DNA of 52,614 bases from Minisyncoccota bacterium (GCA_020628915.1 JAHDEI010000004.1:1-52614), one strand, 5' to 3'; counted from the first letter of the stretch, positions 1-7,973 are shown. Notes: generated by a model from the letters alone, not told the origin. Numbers and translations: made by a program.

Positions 1-149
1 GGCTGACTTTTACATTTTTATTTATTGGAGTTGTTTTGCTAGCACTCAATATGATTATTGGTATCTTAGGGAATGCGTTATCTGATGAAGATAAAATTGA
101 AAAAGAACTAGAGGACATCAAAAAAATCTTAAAAGATATGAATCAATAG
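1..149 (+). CDS. 3' end of a CDS cut by the window edge; hydrophobic C-terminus of an unidentified membrane protein
   Basis: Open frame from nt 3 (..LTFTFLFIGVVLLALNMIIGILGNALSDEDKIEKELEDIKKILKDMNQ) ends at TAG 147-149 and is followed by a GC-rich hairpin. Confidence 0.4.
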   Translation, partial: LTFTFLFIGVVLLALNMIIGILGNALSDEDKIEKELEDIKKILKDMNQ

Positions 150-167
150 TGGAAAAGATGGAGTTCT

Positions 168-196
168 AAAGGGCGCCCCGACGGGGCGCCCTTTGC
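168..196 (+). terminator. Intrinsic terminator
   Basis: Perfect hairpin GGGCGCCCC-gac-GGGGCGCCC (171-192) followed by TTT. Confidence 0.8.
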
Positions 197-202
197 TATA
201 AT
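194..202 (+). promoter_or_regulatory. Extended -10 promoter (TGcTATAAT) placed 7 nt before the ruvB ATG; leaderless candidate
   Basis: TGCTATAAT at 194-202, ATG at 210, no Shine-Dalgarno sequence between them. Confidence 0.55.
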
Positions 203-209
203 TTATCTA

Positions 210-1205
210 ATGACAGACACTCCTGAAAATAAAAACGATCAATCGAACCTCGATTCGGTTTTACGTCCTAGTTCGTGGGATGGATACATTGGACAAGAAA
301 CCATCAAGAAGAATCTACGTGTTCTTTTGGATGCTGCCTCAGGCCGCGGGCACAATCCCGAACATCTCTTGTTCTATGGTCCGCCAGGACTTGGTAAAAC
401 AACGCTGTCGTATTTGATCGCAAAAGAGATCGGCGCCCAAATTAAAATTACCTCTGGTCCCGCAATCGAAAAAGTAGGAGATCTCGCATCCATCCTGACA
501 AACCTCGGCGAAGGAGACGTTTTGTTTATTGATGAAATTCATCAGTTAAATAAAAATATCGAAGAGGTCTTGTATCCAGCCATGGAAAACGGGTCTCTGG
601 ACATTATTATCGGGAAAGGTCCTTCAGCTCGGACCGTGCAGCTTGAGCTACCTGAATTCACCCTCATCGCAGCAACAACCCAAGTATCAAAACTGTCCCC
701 ACCACTGCGATCACGATTTTCTGGTGGAACTTTTAGATTGGAATTTTATACAAACGATGAGATCGCAACTATTATTAAAAATTCAGCGCGAGTATTAGAC
801 GTAGAAATAGACACCCAAGCAGCTGATCAATTGGCGGCTCGAGCAAGGCAAACCCCACGTACTGCAAATGCACTCCTAAAACGAGCCAGAGACGTTGCGC
901 AGTTGCAAGGGACACTAATTACCAAATCCGTTGTTGAACAAGCAATGGAAATGATGCAGGTGGACGAACTGGGTCTTAATGAAATGGACCGAGTTGTCTT
1001 GCGCGATATTATCGAAAAATTTGGTGGAGGGCCAGTGGGGCTTTCAACCCTTGCGGCATCAACTTCCGAAGAAGCATCAACGATCGAAGAGGTTTACGAA
1101 CCATATCTCATTCAGTTGGGCCTCATCCAAAAAACCCCGCGAGGAAGAGTTGCAACCGAAAAAGCATACGGCCATCTCAATATTGAATTTAATGAAAAAA
1201 AATAA
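210..1205 (+). CDS. ruvB: Holliday junction branch migration helicase RuvB
   Basis: 331 aa. Walker A GPPGLGKTT, Walker B LFIDEIH, RTPRTANALLKRARD arginine-finger region and a RuvB C-terminal winged helix (EPYLIQLGLIQKTPRGR). Confidence 0.97.
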   Translation: MTDTPENKNDQSNLDSVLRPSSWDGYIGQETIKKNLRVLLDAASGRGHNPEHLLFYGPPGLGKTTLSYLIAKEIGAQIKITSGPAIEKVGDLASILTNLGEGDVLFIDEIHQLNKNIEEVLYPAMENGSLDIIIGKGPSARTVQLELPEFTLIAATTQVSKLSPPLRSRFSGGTFRLEFYTNDEIATIIKNSARVLDVEIDTQAADQLAARARQTPRTANALLKRARDVAQLQGTLITKSVVEQAMEMMQVDELGLNEMDRVVLRDIIEKFGGGPVGLSTLAASTSEEASTIEEVYEPYLIQLGLIQKTPRGRVATEKAYGHLNIEFNEKK

Positions 1206-1231
1206 ACGACCCTGTGCGGGTCGTTGTTTTT
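1205..1231. terminator. Bidirectional intrinsic terminator between ruvB and the convergent gene
   Basis: Hairpin AACGACCC-tgtgc-GGGTCGTT flanked by an A-run and a T-run. Confidence 0.75.
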
Positions 1232-1781
1232 ATTTAGGTGACAAATCACACATAAACGCAGGCGGTCCTTTGTATGAAGCAACCAAAACTTTGTCTCGAT
1301 CTTCCGGAAGAAACCCTTTTACATCACCGATTCCAAATCCGATTCTGTGCATGAATGGCAGCAAAACATCTTTAGATTTACTGTCTGGTGGTGTTTCATA
1401 AGAGCCACACTGTAATACCATTTTCCAACCAGATGTTGTGACAGTGTGTTTAAACAATTCATGTTCTTCACCATCTTGAGTAAAAAAACCAGAAAGCCAT
1501 CGTTTGTCGGGACTAAAACTATCTTTTTTGGTGAGGCAGGAATACCGCACAGGCGTTTTCGATTTTATCCCACATTTTTTCCAATAGAATTCAACTTCGT
1601 AAAGAAAGTGAGGGTCTTCGTCATTAAGATTATTTGTAGCGTACGTTTTCATGGTTGCGCCAAGTGTGGGCATAGCAACGAGCATATGGAGCTCGAGTGT
1701 TCGCAATGCCTCTACCTGAATTTCTGTTACAACCGCACTCGTATCAGTCACTAGCTTTCGCTTATTCTTTTTAAAGACCAT
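1230..1781 (-). CDS. Hypothetical protein (183 aa)
   Basis: Long ORF with AAGGAG-type RBS (aataaggagaaatgacATG) and no overlap with better ORFs. No family recognised. Confidence 0.6.
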   Translation of the reverse strand: MVFKKNKRKLVTDTSAVVTEIQVEALRTLELHMLVAMPTLGATMKTYATNNLNDEDPHFLYEVEFYWKKCGIKSKTPVRYSCLTKKDSFSPDKRWLSGFFTQDGEEHELFKHTVTTSGWKMVLQCGSYETPPDSKSKDVLLPFMHRIGFGIGDVKGFLPEDRDKVLVASYKGPPAFMCDLSPK

Positions 1782-1900
1782 GTCATTTCTCCTTATTCTT
1801 TGACGGCTGACACACCGACCACCTACTGGTGGTTTTTAAGTAGGCGACGCCTACTTTTCTGAAAATAACAATAACGTAAGAAATAATTATTGTCAAATAT

Positions 1901-1926
1901 AATAAAAAGGCGACATTGTCGCCTTT
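1901..1926 (-). terminator. Intrinsic terminator of the 1933-2412 gene
   Basis: Hairpin AAAGGCGAC-attg-TCGCCTTT with a T-run on the minus strand. Confidence 0.7.
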
Positions 1927-1932
1927 AATTCC

Positions 1933-2412
1933 TTAAAAATGATATCTCACCGCGTCTTGGTATGAGGTTCCAATGACATATTCTTCCTCTTGATGATTTT
2001 GTGACAGGTCAGTTCGAATTAAGAATTTTCCGCCGTGACCACTTTTTCTAATGTGGTAATGTTGCTTTCTATGGACACCATCGACTTTTCCGTCTTCATT
2101 TACAGCGACGATTGAACTCACAAGAGCCCCTGGTCCATTTCGCAGGGGATCATTTTTGTCATAAAGATCTGTTGTGAATTTTATTTCATACTTTAAGAAG
2201 GTATTACCCCCCTTGATGCGTTGTGCTTCTAATTTTCTTGCCGTAAATTTTACAGCATAAAATCCAGAGCTCCGGTGCTTTTTTATGCTGAGGTCCCATT
2301 CACCCAAGAATTCCTCAATTAGAAAAATTTCTAAGATATTTCTTGCAATTGATAAAGCAAGATCAGACTTTTTTCCAGCACTAGATTTAATTGTTTTAAA
2401 TTCACCAGACAT
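1933..2412 (-). CDS. Hypothetical protein (159 aa)
   Basis: The ORF track gives 1933-2484. I chose the internal ATG at 2412 (MSGEFKTIKSS..) because GGAAGGAGAG lies 4-5 nt upstream. Confidence 0.6.
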   Translation of the reverse strand: MSGEFKTIKSSAGKKSDLALSIARNILEIFLIEEFLGEWDLSIKKHRSSGFYAVKFTARKLEAQRIKGGNTFLKYEIKFTTDLYDKNDPLRNGPGALVSSIVAVNEDGKVDGVHRKQHYHIRKSGHGGKFLIRTDLSQNHQEEEYVIGTSYQDAVRYHF

Positions 2413-2626
2413 ATTTCTCTCCTTCCATGAGTAGCAGGATGCCTCCTGACCGGTCACTCCGCCGGATTTAAACATCCACACCATTGCAGATATTTTCTAA
2501 AATATATCATAGGGTATTTTTAGGTTTTGTCAAATAATATGAATTTTGTTACAAAAAGAGAATAGCATCAAATTAGAATTTTCATTGATATAATTAGTGC
2601 AGGTTATTTTATAAAAGGAGGTGACA

Positions 2627-3763
2627 ATGTCACGAGTACCAATTATTGCTTTAACGGGCGGTCCCTGTGGAGGGAAAACAACTCTATTGCAGAGACTTGC
2701 GAAACTACTACCCAAGAACGGTATTTCACCACTATTTGTTCCCGAAGCTGCTTCTGAAATTATTATTGAGGCAGGCGGACAATTACCAAAAAACCGAGAA
2801 GAGAATTTTCGTTTTCAAGAAAAGATTTTTAATCGCTCTCTTGCAAATGAACGAGCACAATTATATGAAGCGCAGCAGCTTTTACTTGAGGGGAAGAACC
2901 CTGTTGTTATTTGTGACCGTGGTGTGATGGATGGAAAAGCATATTTTGCAGACCCTTCAGACTTTGGCCACATGCTGAGGTTTCGTTCGGACGTTCAAGA
3001 AATTGCTTGCCGCGATATTCAATATGACGGAGTGATTCATCTCAGGACTGCAGCATATGGAGCCGAAGAGCACTATTCGTGTGAAGACCATGAAACTCGA
3101 TATGAAAATTCGATCGAATCAGCTCAAAAAAGAGACGATCGTATTTTACAAGCATGGATGGGAACCCCACATCTGTCAATAGTGCCAAATAGACCGGGGC
3201 AAACATTTGATGGCAAGATGGACCGAGCAGGACAAGAAGTATTACGCATTCTTGGCATGCCAGTGCCAATGGAGCACGAGCGGCGTTGGTTGGTGAAGCA
3301 GCCTGTATCTATGAATACTCTTGGCTTTTGTGAAGATGTTTTGATTACACAACGGTACCTGGCCACTTCGACTGAACGCCATGTACGACGCGTTAGATCG
3401 CGCTACCCAAAATATCGAACAGACCCAAGATATGCGCATTATTATCTTACTGAAAAAATTGGTTCATCGGGAGGATCATGCCAAGAGCCCGAAAAAGTAA
3501 TCTTTATTAATGAGCACGAACAACTCATCAAAAATGAGGGAGTTGTTGGGTCACCTGTTTCCAAGATTCGTACGTATTTTGTTTATCAAGATCAATACTT
3601 TGAATTGGACTTATTTCAGGATAAACATGAAGGACTTCAAATTTTAGAATTAGAATTATTAAGTCCTGATGAGCCAGTTGATTTGCCTGATTTTTTAGGA
3701 GAATTAATTGAGATCACAGGAGACAAGTCATATTCCAATTATGCACTCGCAACAGCTGCATAA
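2627..3763 (+). CDS. Fusion of a P-loop NTPase (AAA_28 / NadR-kinase-like) with a C-terminal CYTH (CyaB-ThTPase-like) domain
   Basis: Walker A ALTGGPCGGKTT at the N-terminus and a Walker B-like VVICDRG. The C-terminal half opens with the EHERRWLVK (ExExK/R) CYTH signature strand. ATG 2627 sits 5 nt after GGAGG. Confidence 0.7.
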   Translation: MSRVPIIALTGGPCGGKTTLLQRLAKLLPKNGISPLFVPEAASEIIIEAGGQLPKNREENFRFQEKIFNRSLANERAQLYEAQQLLLEGKNPVVICDRGVMDGKAYFADPSDFGHMLRFRSDVQEIACRDIQYDGVIHLRTAAYGAEEHYSCEDHETRYENSIESAQKRDDRILQAWMGTPHLSIVPNRPGQTFDGKMDRAGQEVLRILGMPVPMEHERRWLVKQPVSMNTLGFCEDVLITQRYLATSTERHVRRVRSRYPKYRTDPRYAHYYLTEKIGSSGGSCQEPEKVIFINEHEQLIKNEGVVGSPVSKIRTYFVYQDQYFELDLFQDKHEGLQILELELLSPDEPVDLPDFLGELIEITGDKSYSNYALATAA

Positions 3764-3769
3764 AAATAT

Positions 3770-3791
3770 AGCCGTCGCTTATGCGACGGCT
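3770..3791. terminator. Bidirectional terminator hairpin, copy 1 of a duplicated ~40 nt element
   Basis: AGCCGTCGC-ttat-GCGACGGCT followed by TTTT. The same sequence recurs at 5272-5293. Confidence 0.8.
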
Positions 3792-3796
3792 TTTAT

Positions 3797-4510
3797 TTAT
3801 AGTTTTTTCCAAAGAAGCATAAACAGCTTACGCTGGAATGTTGCAATTTTTTCGGATTCAATAATAAATGTGGTGTCCGTGTTGTGGTCCACAAACGCAA
3901 CCTTATTTTCGTAAATCATCTGCGAGACATTATCTTCGAACAAATCAAAAGAAGGAGGCACTGCTTTGACAAATCGATCGAGACGATTGGATTTTGAGGC
4001 TGCCTTTTTTGCGCCCGTTATTACTTTTCGTTCAATTTGTTTATTGACACGGTTCTTTTTGTATAGAGAAGAGATTTTAAATGAGCCTTCACCTACTTTT
4101 CTTGAACTGTAACGTACGTACGTTCCTCCTTTAGGTACGGTCGTTGCAATATCGTCAAATAGATATGTATAACCATCTCGCCCATAGTGTAGAGACGCCG
4201 TTGGCCTGTGTTCGCCAGATTTGAACTCTCGAGAAAGCTTTTCTAGTTCTTTTTCTGATGAATCGATTGTTTTTTTGATTTTGGCTGACAAGAGTTGCGG
4301 GTCCACAGCAGCGTATTTTTTTCTTTTGCCAACTGTGCTTTCTGTTACAAATTGCTCAGCCAACATTTGGGGCAGGAGAGTATAAAGTCTCGGCCGATGT
4401 ATTTTCGTCTTGGTAGATATTTCAGAAAGACCTAGAGCTCCATATTTTATAAGAGCTTTGTATATTGTTTCTTTTTCTTGTGAGAGACCTAATAGAGAGT
4501 AAAGTGTCAT
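3797..4510 (-). CDS. TrmB-like winged-helix transcriptional regulator, paralogue A
   Basis: N-terminal HTH (LGLSQEKETIYKALIKYGALGLSEISTKTKIHRPRLYTLL). Clear full-length paralogy with 5759-6481 and 43888-44631, with a shared C-terminus ..F(Q/R)xK(L/I)FxLLWKKL. Confidence 0.8.
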   Translation of the reverse strand: MTLYSLLGLSQEKETIYKALIKYGALGLSEISTKTKIHRPRLYTLLPQMLAEQFVTESTVGKRKKYAAVDPQLLSAKIKKTIDSSEKELEKLSREFKSGEHRPTASLHYGRDGYTYLFDDIATTVPKGGTYVRYSSRKVGEGSFKISSLYKKNRVNKQIERKVITGAKKAASKSNRLDRFVKAVPPSFDLFEDNVSQMIYENKVAFVDHNTDTTFIIESEKIATFQRKLFMLLWKKL

Positions 4511-4600
4511 AAACGTATTAAGTTAGTACGTTTTAATATTACCACAACAGGCCTGCTGAGGGCAGATTAACTCAAAAGTGACAAATTTTATGTTTACTTC

Positions 4601-4644
4601 TGACAAATTGTTAAAAACACACTATATTGTAGTCAGGATCTTTT
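4601..4644 (+). promoter_or_regulatory. Promoter/operator block, copy 1 (TGACAAATT..TATATT..GTCAGGATCTTT)
   Basis: CTGACA -35-like and TATATT -10-like elements are bracketed by the inverted TGAC/GTCA pair. The block is near-identical to 6577-6619. An extra TGACAAATT box lies at 4579-4587. Confidence 0.6.
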
Positions 4645-4663
4645 ATATAGAAAGGAGAAAAAG

Positions 4664-5266
4664 ATGCACAAGCGACAGAAAATTCTACTTGTTGATATGG
4701 ATGGGGTAATGGCGCGGTATGACAAACGATATCTCGAGCGAGCCACCGAGATCGGCCTCGAGAGGCTTGATCCCGAAGATGTGACAAACTTTTACACAGA
4801 AGAGATTTTTAAACCAGAAGACAGAGAACGACTATATGATCTCTCTTTGGAAAAAGGATTCTTTAGAAACCTTGAGCCATATCCAGGTTGTATCGAAGCG
4901 CTCAATGAACTGTTTGATCACCCCCAATTGCGAGTATTCATTTGTACTGCCCCCAAAATCAAATTTGATAACTGTGTGGGTGAAAAGTACGAATGGGTAC
5001 GAGAGCACCTCGGCGAACGGTTTATCAAACGCATGATGGTAACCAGAGACAAAACAATTGCGTACGGGGACTATCTTATTGATGATAAGCCACAGTTGAG
5101 CGGTGCATTGAAACGACCTGTCTGGCAGCAGATCTATCATGATCGCCCGTACAATCGGGTTGAACACGGAGGCAATCCGGAAACCCCTCGGTTTAGCTGG
5201 GAAAACTGGAGAGAAGAGCTAGGAGCAATCCTTGAGATTGATTTCAGCCAGAAAATCGCTGCATAA
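4664..5266 (+). CDS. 5'(3')-deoxyribonucleotidase (NT5C family, HAD superfamily)
   Basis: HAD motif I LLVDMDGVMA, then GFFRNLEPYPGCIEALNEL, FICTAP, and motif IV DYLIDDKP. AAAGGAG RBS. Confidence 0.85.
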   Translation: MHKRQKILLVDMDGVMARYDKRYLERATEIGLERLDPEDVTNFYTEEIFKPEDRERLYDLSLEKGFFRNLEPYPGCIEALNELFDHPQLRVFICTAPKIKFDNCVGEKYEWVREHLGERFIKRMMVTRDKTIAYGDYLIDDKPQLSGALKRPVWQQIYHDRPYNRVEHGGNPETPRFSWENWREELGAILEIDFSQKIAA

Positions 5267-5271
5267 AATAT

Positions 5272-5293
5272 AGCCGTCGCTTATGCGACGGCT
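5272..5293. terminator. Bidirectional terminator hairpin, copy 2
   Basis: Identical AGCCGTCGC-ttat-GCGACGGCT hairpin. The flanking gctgcataaaatat is also repeated. Confidence 0.8.
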
Positions 5294-5703
5294 TTTTGTT
5301 TCGGGGAAGGTGCAGTTTTTCTGCGATCAAGATGGCTAGTGCCTATCCAGTATCCTTGCATCTTGTCTCTGCTGTTATACCGATCAATTTTGATCTCGCC
5401 GGTATCCAGCTGTTGGATATTGCGGACGTCGTCACCAATGATTAGTTTGGGACTCGCATTTTTCCATGGAACCCATAACATCGTATCAGTAGATCTGACT
5501 ACGGTTGTTTCGTAAATGTATTGTTTTTCAGCGTAATGCATTACGATTTGCACTTTTGGTTTAAAATTTTTTTGATTAATCTTGCGACCAAATGTTGGAA
5601 CCTCTCCGTAGGGGATACCCAACAGTACCTCGAATGCGGCAATTGCTTTGCGTAAAACTGCAGTGTGCTCACTTCTGAGCTCAAAAAGATCTTCATTGTT
5701 CAT
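5281..5703 (-). CDS. Hypothetical protein (140 aa)
   Basis: The ORF track version (5281-5943) overlaps the TrmB-like gene. I trimmed it to ATG 5703 (MNNEDLFELR..), which is preceded by AAAGGAG. Confidence 0.55.
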   Translation of the reverse strand: MNNEDLFELRSEHTAVLRKAIAAFEVLLGIPYGEVPTFGRKINQKNFKPKVQIVMHYAEKQYIYETTVVRSTDTMLWVPWKNASPKLIIGDDVRNIQQLDTGEIKIDRYNSRDKMQGYWIGTSHLDRRKTAPSPKQKAVA

Positions 5704-5758
5704 TTCAAATTTCTCCTTTTCTAAAAAGAGAATATAATGAAATATTATATCTGTCAAG

Positions 5759-6481
5759 TTACAGTTTTTTCCAAAGGAGTTTAAATATTTTTTCTTGGAA
5801 CCGAGCAATTTTTTCTGATTCAATAATGAACGCCGCTTTTGAATCATAATCAACCATTGCAATTTTTGGCCCATAAATGAGGAACATGAGATTGTCCTCA
5901 AACAGGTCAAACGCAGGGGGGACTGCTTTGTAGAACTTTTCAAGTGTATCTTTTTTGCGAAGTTTTTTAGATGCGCTGGTTATAATTTTTTGTTCGAGAC
6001 GTTTTTTGTCTCTGATCTCTGCGTATGCCGCATATTCTTCCGGCCGCACGCTCGCGTCCGTTTTGGATGTATATCGAAAATAGGTTCCTTTGTATGGCAC
6101 AGTAGCAACTACGTCTTTGAACACATGATTAACACCTGCTCGACCCTCCAAGAATTTGATCTCTGGTTTTTCGTGGTTGTGGTTGTACTCTTCCTCTAGT
6201 TCAGAAAGTCCTTTTTGAATGAGCCCTTGTTTTTTGAGGTAGTGTCGCTCGAGATGTGTGGGGGATACCGCTTCGTATAAAACACTTTTGCCCTCCCTAA
6301 TTTCACCCAACAATCCTCTATTTACCATTTCTGGCAACTCTTTATACAGGCCGGGCCTATGTAGGCCAGTTTTTCTTGATAGTTTTGATATACGAGCTGG
6401 GCCATTTTGCAAAAGCTCCAAATATATTGCCGCTTCGTTCTCTGACAGACCAATTGTCGTTAAAAGTTCTTGATATTCCAT
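5759..6481 (-). CDS. TrmB-like winged-helix transcriptional regulator, paralogue B
   Basis: HTH IGLSENEAAIYLELLQNGPARISKLSRKTGLHRPGLYKEL. Aligns along its whole length with paralogue A. Confidence 0.8.
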   Translation of the reverse strand: MEYQELLTTIGLSENEAAIYLELLQNGPARISKLSRKTGLHRPGLYKELPEMVNRGLLGEIREGKSVLYEAVSPTHLERHYLKKQGLIQKGLSELEEEYNHNHEKPEIKFLEGRAGVNHVFKDVVATVPYKGTYFRYTSKTDASVRPEEYAAYAEIRDKKRLEQKIITSASKKLRKKDTLEKFYKAVPPAFDLFEDNLMFLIYGPKIAMVDYDSKAAFIIESEKIARFQEKIFKLLWKKL

Positions 6482-6576
6482 ATTTATGTAAACATTTTTT
6501 ACAACTTAATTATATTTAAAAATAGTATTAAAATCAACAATAACCAATATAAATTTACATATTTTGTAATACTTTG

Positions 6577-6619
6577 TGACAGATTTTTAAAACACAACTA
6601 TACTGGCGTCAGGATCTTT
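6577..6619 (+). promoter_or_regulatory. Promoter/operator block, copy 2
   Basis: GTGACAGATTTTTAAAACACAACTATACTGGCGTCAGGATCTTT, matching 4601-4644 at most positions. Confidence 0.6.
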
Positions 6620-6635
6620 AACAAAGGAGAAAATC

Positions 6636-6950
6636 ATGACCTATACGGTGATCAGACAAGACTGGACAGAATACGAAGAAGGTTGGGGTCAACGCCCAGA
6701 CGACCCTTCGCTTCACATAGATTTAGCTGCTCACAGAAAATTTATGGAAAATCGAGACAAGCGACTCAAAAAGCTGCGCGAGCAATACCCCAATATGGGA
6801 AACTCGAGCTTTGATGACACATGTGGGAGACCATATCCAATGGAAGTCTCAAAAGAGCTTTACGAAATAGTCAAAGCATCAAAAACTGGATTGTGGTTCA
6901 CGATAAATCTACGCACCGAAGAAAACAGAAGAAGAAAGGGATTGTTATGA
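6636..6950 (+). CDS. Hypothetical protein (104 aa)
   Basis: AAAGGAG RBS 7 nt upstream. First gene after promoter block 2. Confidence 0.55.
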   Translation: MTYTVIRQDWTEYEEGWGQRPDDPSLHIDLAAHRKFMENRDKRLKKLREQYPNMGNSSFDDTCGRPYPMEVSKELYEIVKASKTGLWFTINLRTEENRRRKGLL

Positions 6951-7129
6951 GTTCAGACAAGAAAACAGGGAATTATTGGGTAGAAGGCTACGATCGTTTC
7001 GAAGGAACTTACTACACATGCATTACATATGTCTCGAAAGCAGAAGCAGAAAAATATATCGCGGAGAAAGAGGCAAATCCAAATGGATGTCCAAATCTTT
7101 GCGACTTGTATTACCTCCGAAGTCATTAA
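6947..7129 (+). CDS. Hypothetical small protein (60 aa)
   Basis: ATGA start/stop overlap with the preceding gene (translational coupling). MSSDKKTGNYWVEGYDRFEGTYY.. Confidence 0.45.
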   Translation: MSSDKKTGNYWVEGYDRFEGTYYTCITYVSKAEAEKYIAEKEANPNGCPNLCDLYYLRSH

Positions 7130-7146
7130 ATAGAAAGGAAAACAAC

Positions 7147-7707
7147 ATGGCCCTCTATAGACCAGGTCAAAATACAACACTCAATCAAGTGATCTTATTT
7201 GCCACGATGGTACATGGATCTCAGGTGAGAAAGGGCAACGAACACCTTCCATACATCGTTCATCCGTTGGATGTGATGCAGGAAGTTATCTACTACTCTG
7301 GTCTCTCTGTAGAGAAGCTAGCTCTTGCTGGTCCGGTCGCGGCACTACACGACACAGTCGAGGACACTGTCGCGACCATAGAACAGATAGAAGAGCAGTT
7401 CGGAAAAGAAATTGCCCAGGGTGTAGCCGCCCTCACTAAGAACGAAGAGCTTGATTGGGAAGAGCGCAAAGCCGACTCTCTCAAGCGGCTCAAAGCCTCT
7501 CCTAATTGGGTTAAATGTGTGAAACTTGCTGACCGAGTCTCTAATCTGAAAAACTTTCCCGCCATGTGGGACAGAAAGAAGATCGAAGAGTATTTGAAAG
7601 AAGCAGAAGACCTTGCCGAAGCGCTAGGAAGCGCGTCAGTAGGATTAAAGGCCAGACTGTTATCAAGAGTGTCTGAGGCCCGCATGATTCTCTCAATCAG
7701 AGGATAG
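7147..7707 (+). CDS. Stand-alone HD-domain protein, SpoT/Mesh1-like (p)ppGpp hydrolase family
   Basis: HGSQVRKGNEHLPYIVHPLDV ... AALHDTVEDT is the RelA/SpoT-type HD hydrolase signature. There is no synthetase domain. I chose ATG 7147 (after AAAGGAA) rather than the ORF-track start at 6976. Confidence 0.75.
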   Translation: MALYRPGQNTTLNQVILFATMVHGSQVRKGNEHLPYIVHPLDVMQEVIYYSGLSVEKLALAGPVAALHDTVEDTVATIEQIEEQFGKEIAQGVAALTKNEELDWEERKADSLKRLKASPNWVKCVKLADRVSNLKNFPAMWDRKKIEEYLKEAEDLAEALGSASVGLKARLLSRVSEARMILSIRG

Positions 7708-7725
7708 TTCTTTATATAAATTTTG

Positions 7726-7750
7726 AACCGACCTTATGGGTCGGTTTTTT
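7726..7750 (+). terminator. Intrinsic terminator
   Basis: AACCGACC-ttatg-GGTCGGTT followed by TTTT. Confidence 0.8.
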
Positions 7751-7787
7751 CATGCTATACTTTTTTACAGTTGAAAGGAGTTGAACC

Positions 7788-7973
7788 ATGAAGGATTCAA
7801 TTGCAAAAGCAAATGCCAAAAAGGCAGCGCGAACAGTTAGAATACTCCCTGATAAATTGCCGGTTTTGCCGGAAGGAGACCTCGTTGTGTGTTTGCACTC
7901 TACACAGTGGAAATATGACCGGTCAAGGCCGATCACAAAAGCAGACATTAAAGGTTATAAACCGAGCACTTGA
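7788..7973 (+). CDS. Hypothetical small protein (61 aa)
   Basis: GAAAGGAG RBS. Its own terminator hairpin at 7961-7981 overlaps the stop codon. Confidence 0.5.
   Translation: MKDSIAKANAKKAARTVRILPDKLPVLPEGDLVVCLHSTQWKYDRSRPITKADIKGYKPST

Noticed and set aside
979-1754. ORF-track entries 979-1401 (+) and 1446-1754 (+).
   Set aside because: They overlap ruvB or lie antisense to the better-supported 1230-1781 gene. Their translations are low-quality and rich in Cys, Phe and Arg.
1819-1857. Two plus-strand terminator-like hairpins (CCACC-tact-GGTGG followed by TTTTT, and AAGTAGG-cgacg-CCTACTT followed by TT) in the 5' leader region of the minus-strand gene 1230-1781.
   Set aside because: No plus-strand gene ends here. 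They may only insulate against antisense read-through or form a leader structure. The evidence is too weak to call a riboswitch or attenuator.
5704-5943. The N-terminal 80 codons of ORF-track entry 5281-5943.
   Set aside because: They overlap the 3' end of the TrmB-like gene 5759-6481. An internal ATG at 5703 with an AAAGGAG RBS gives a non-overlapping gene.
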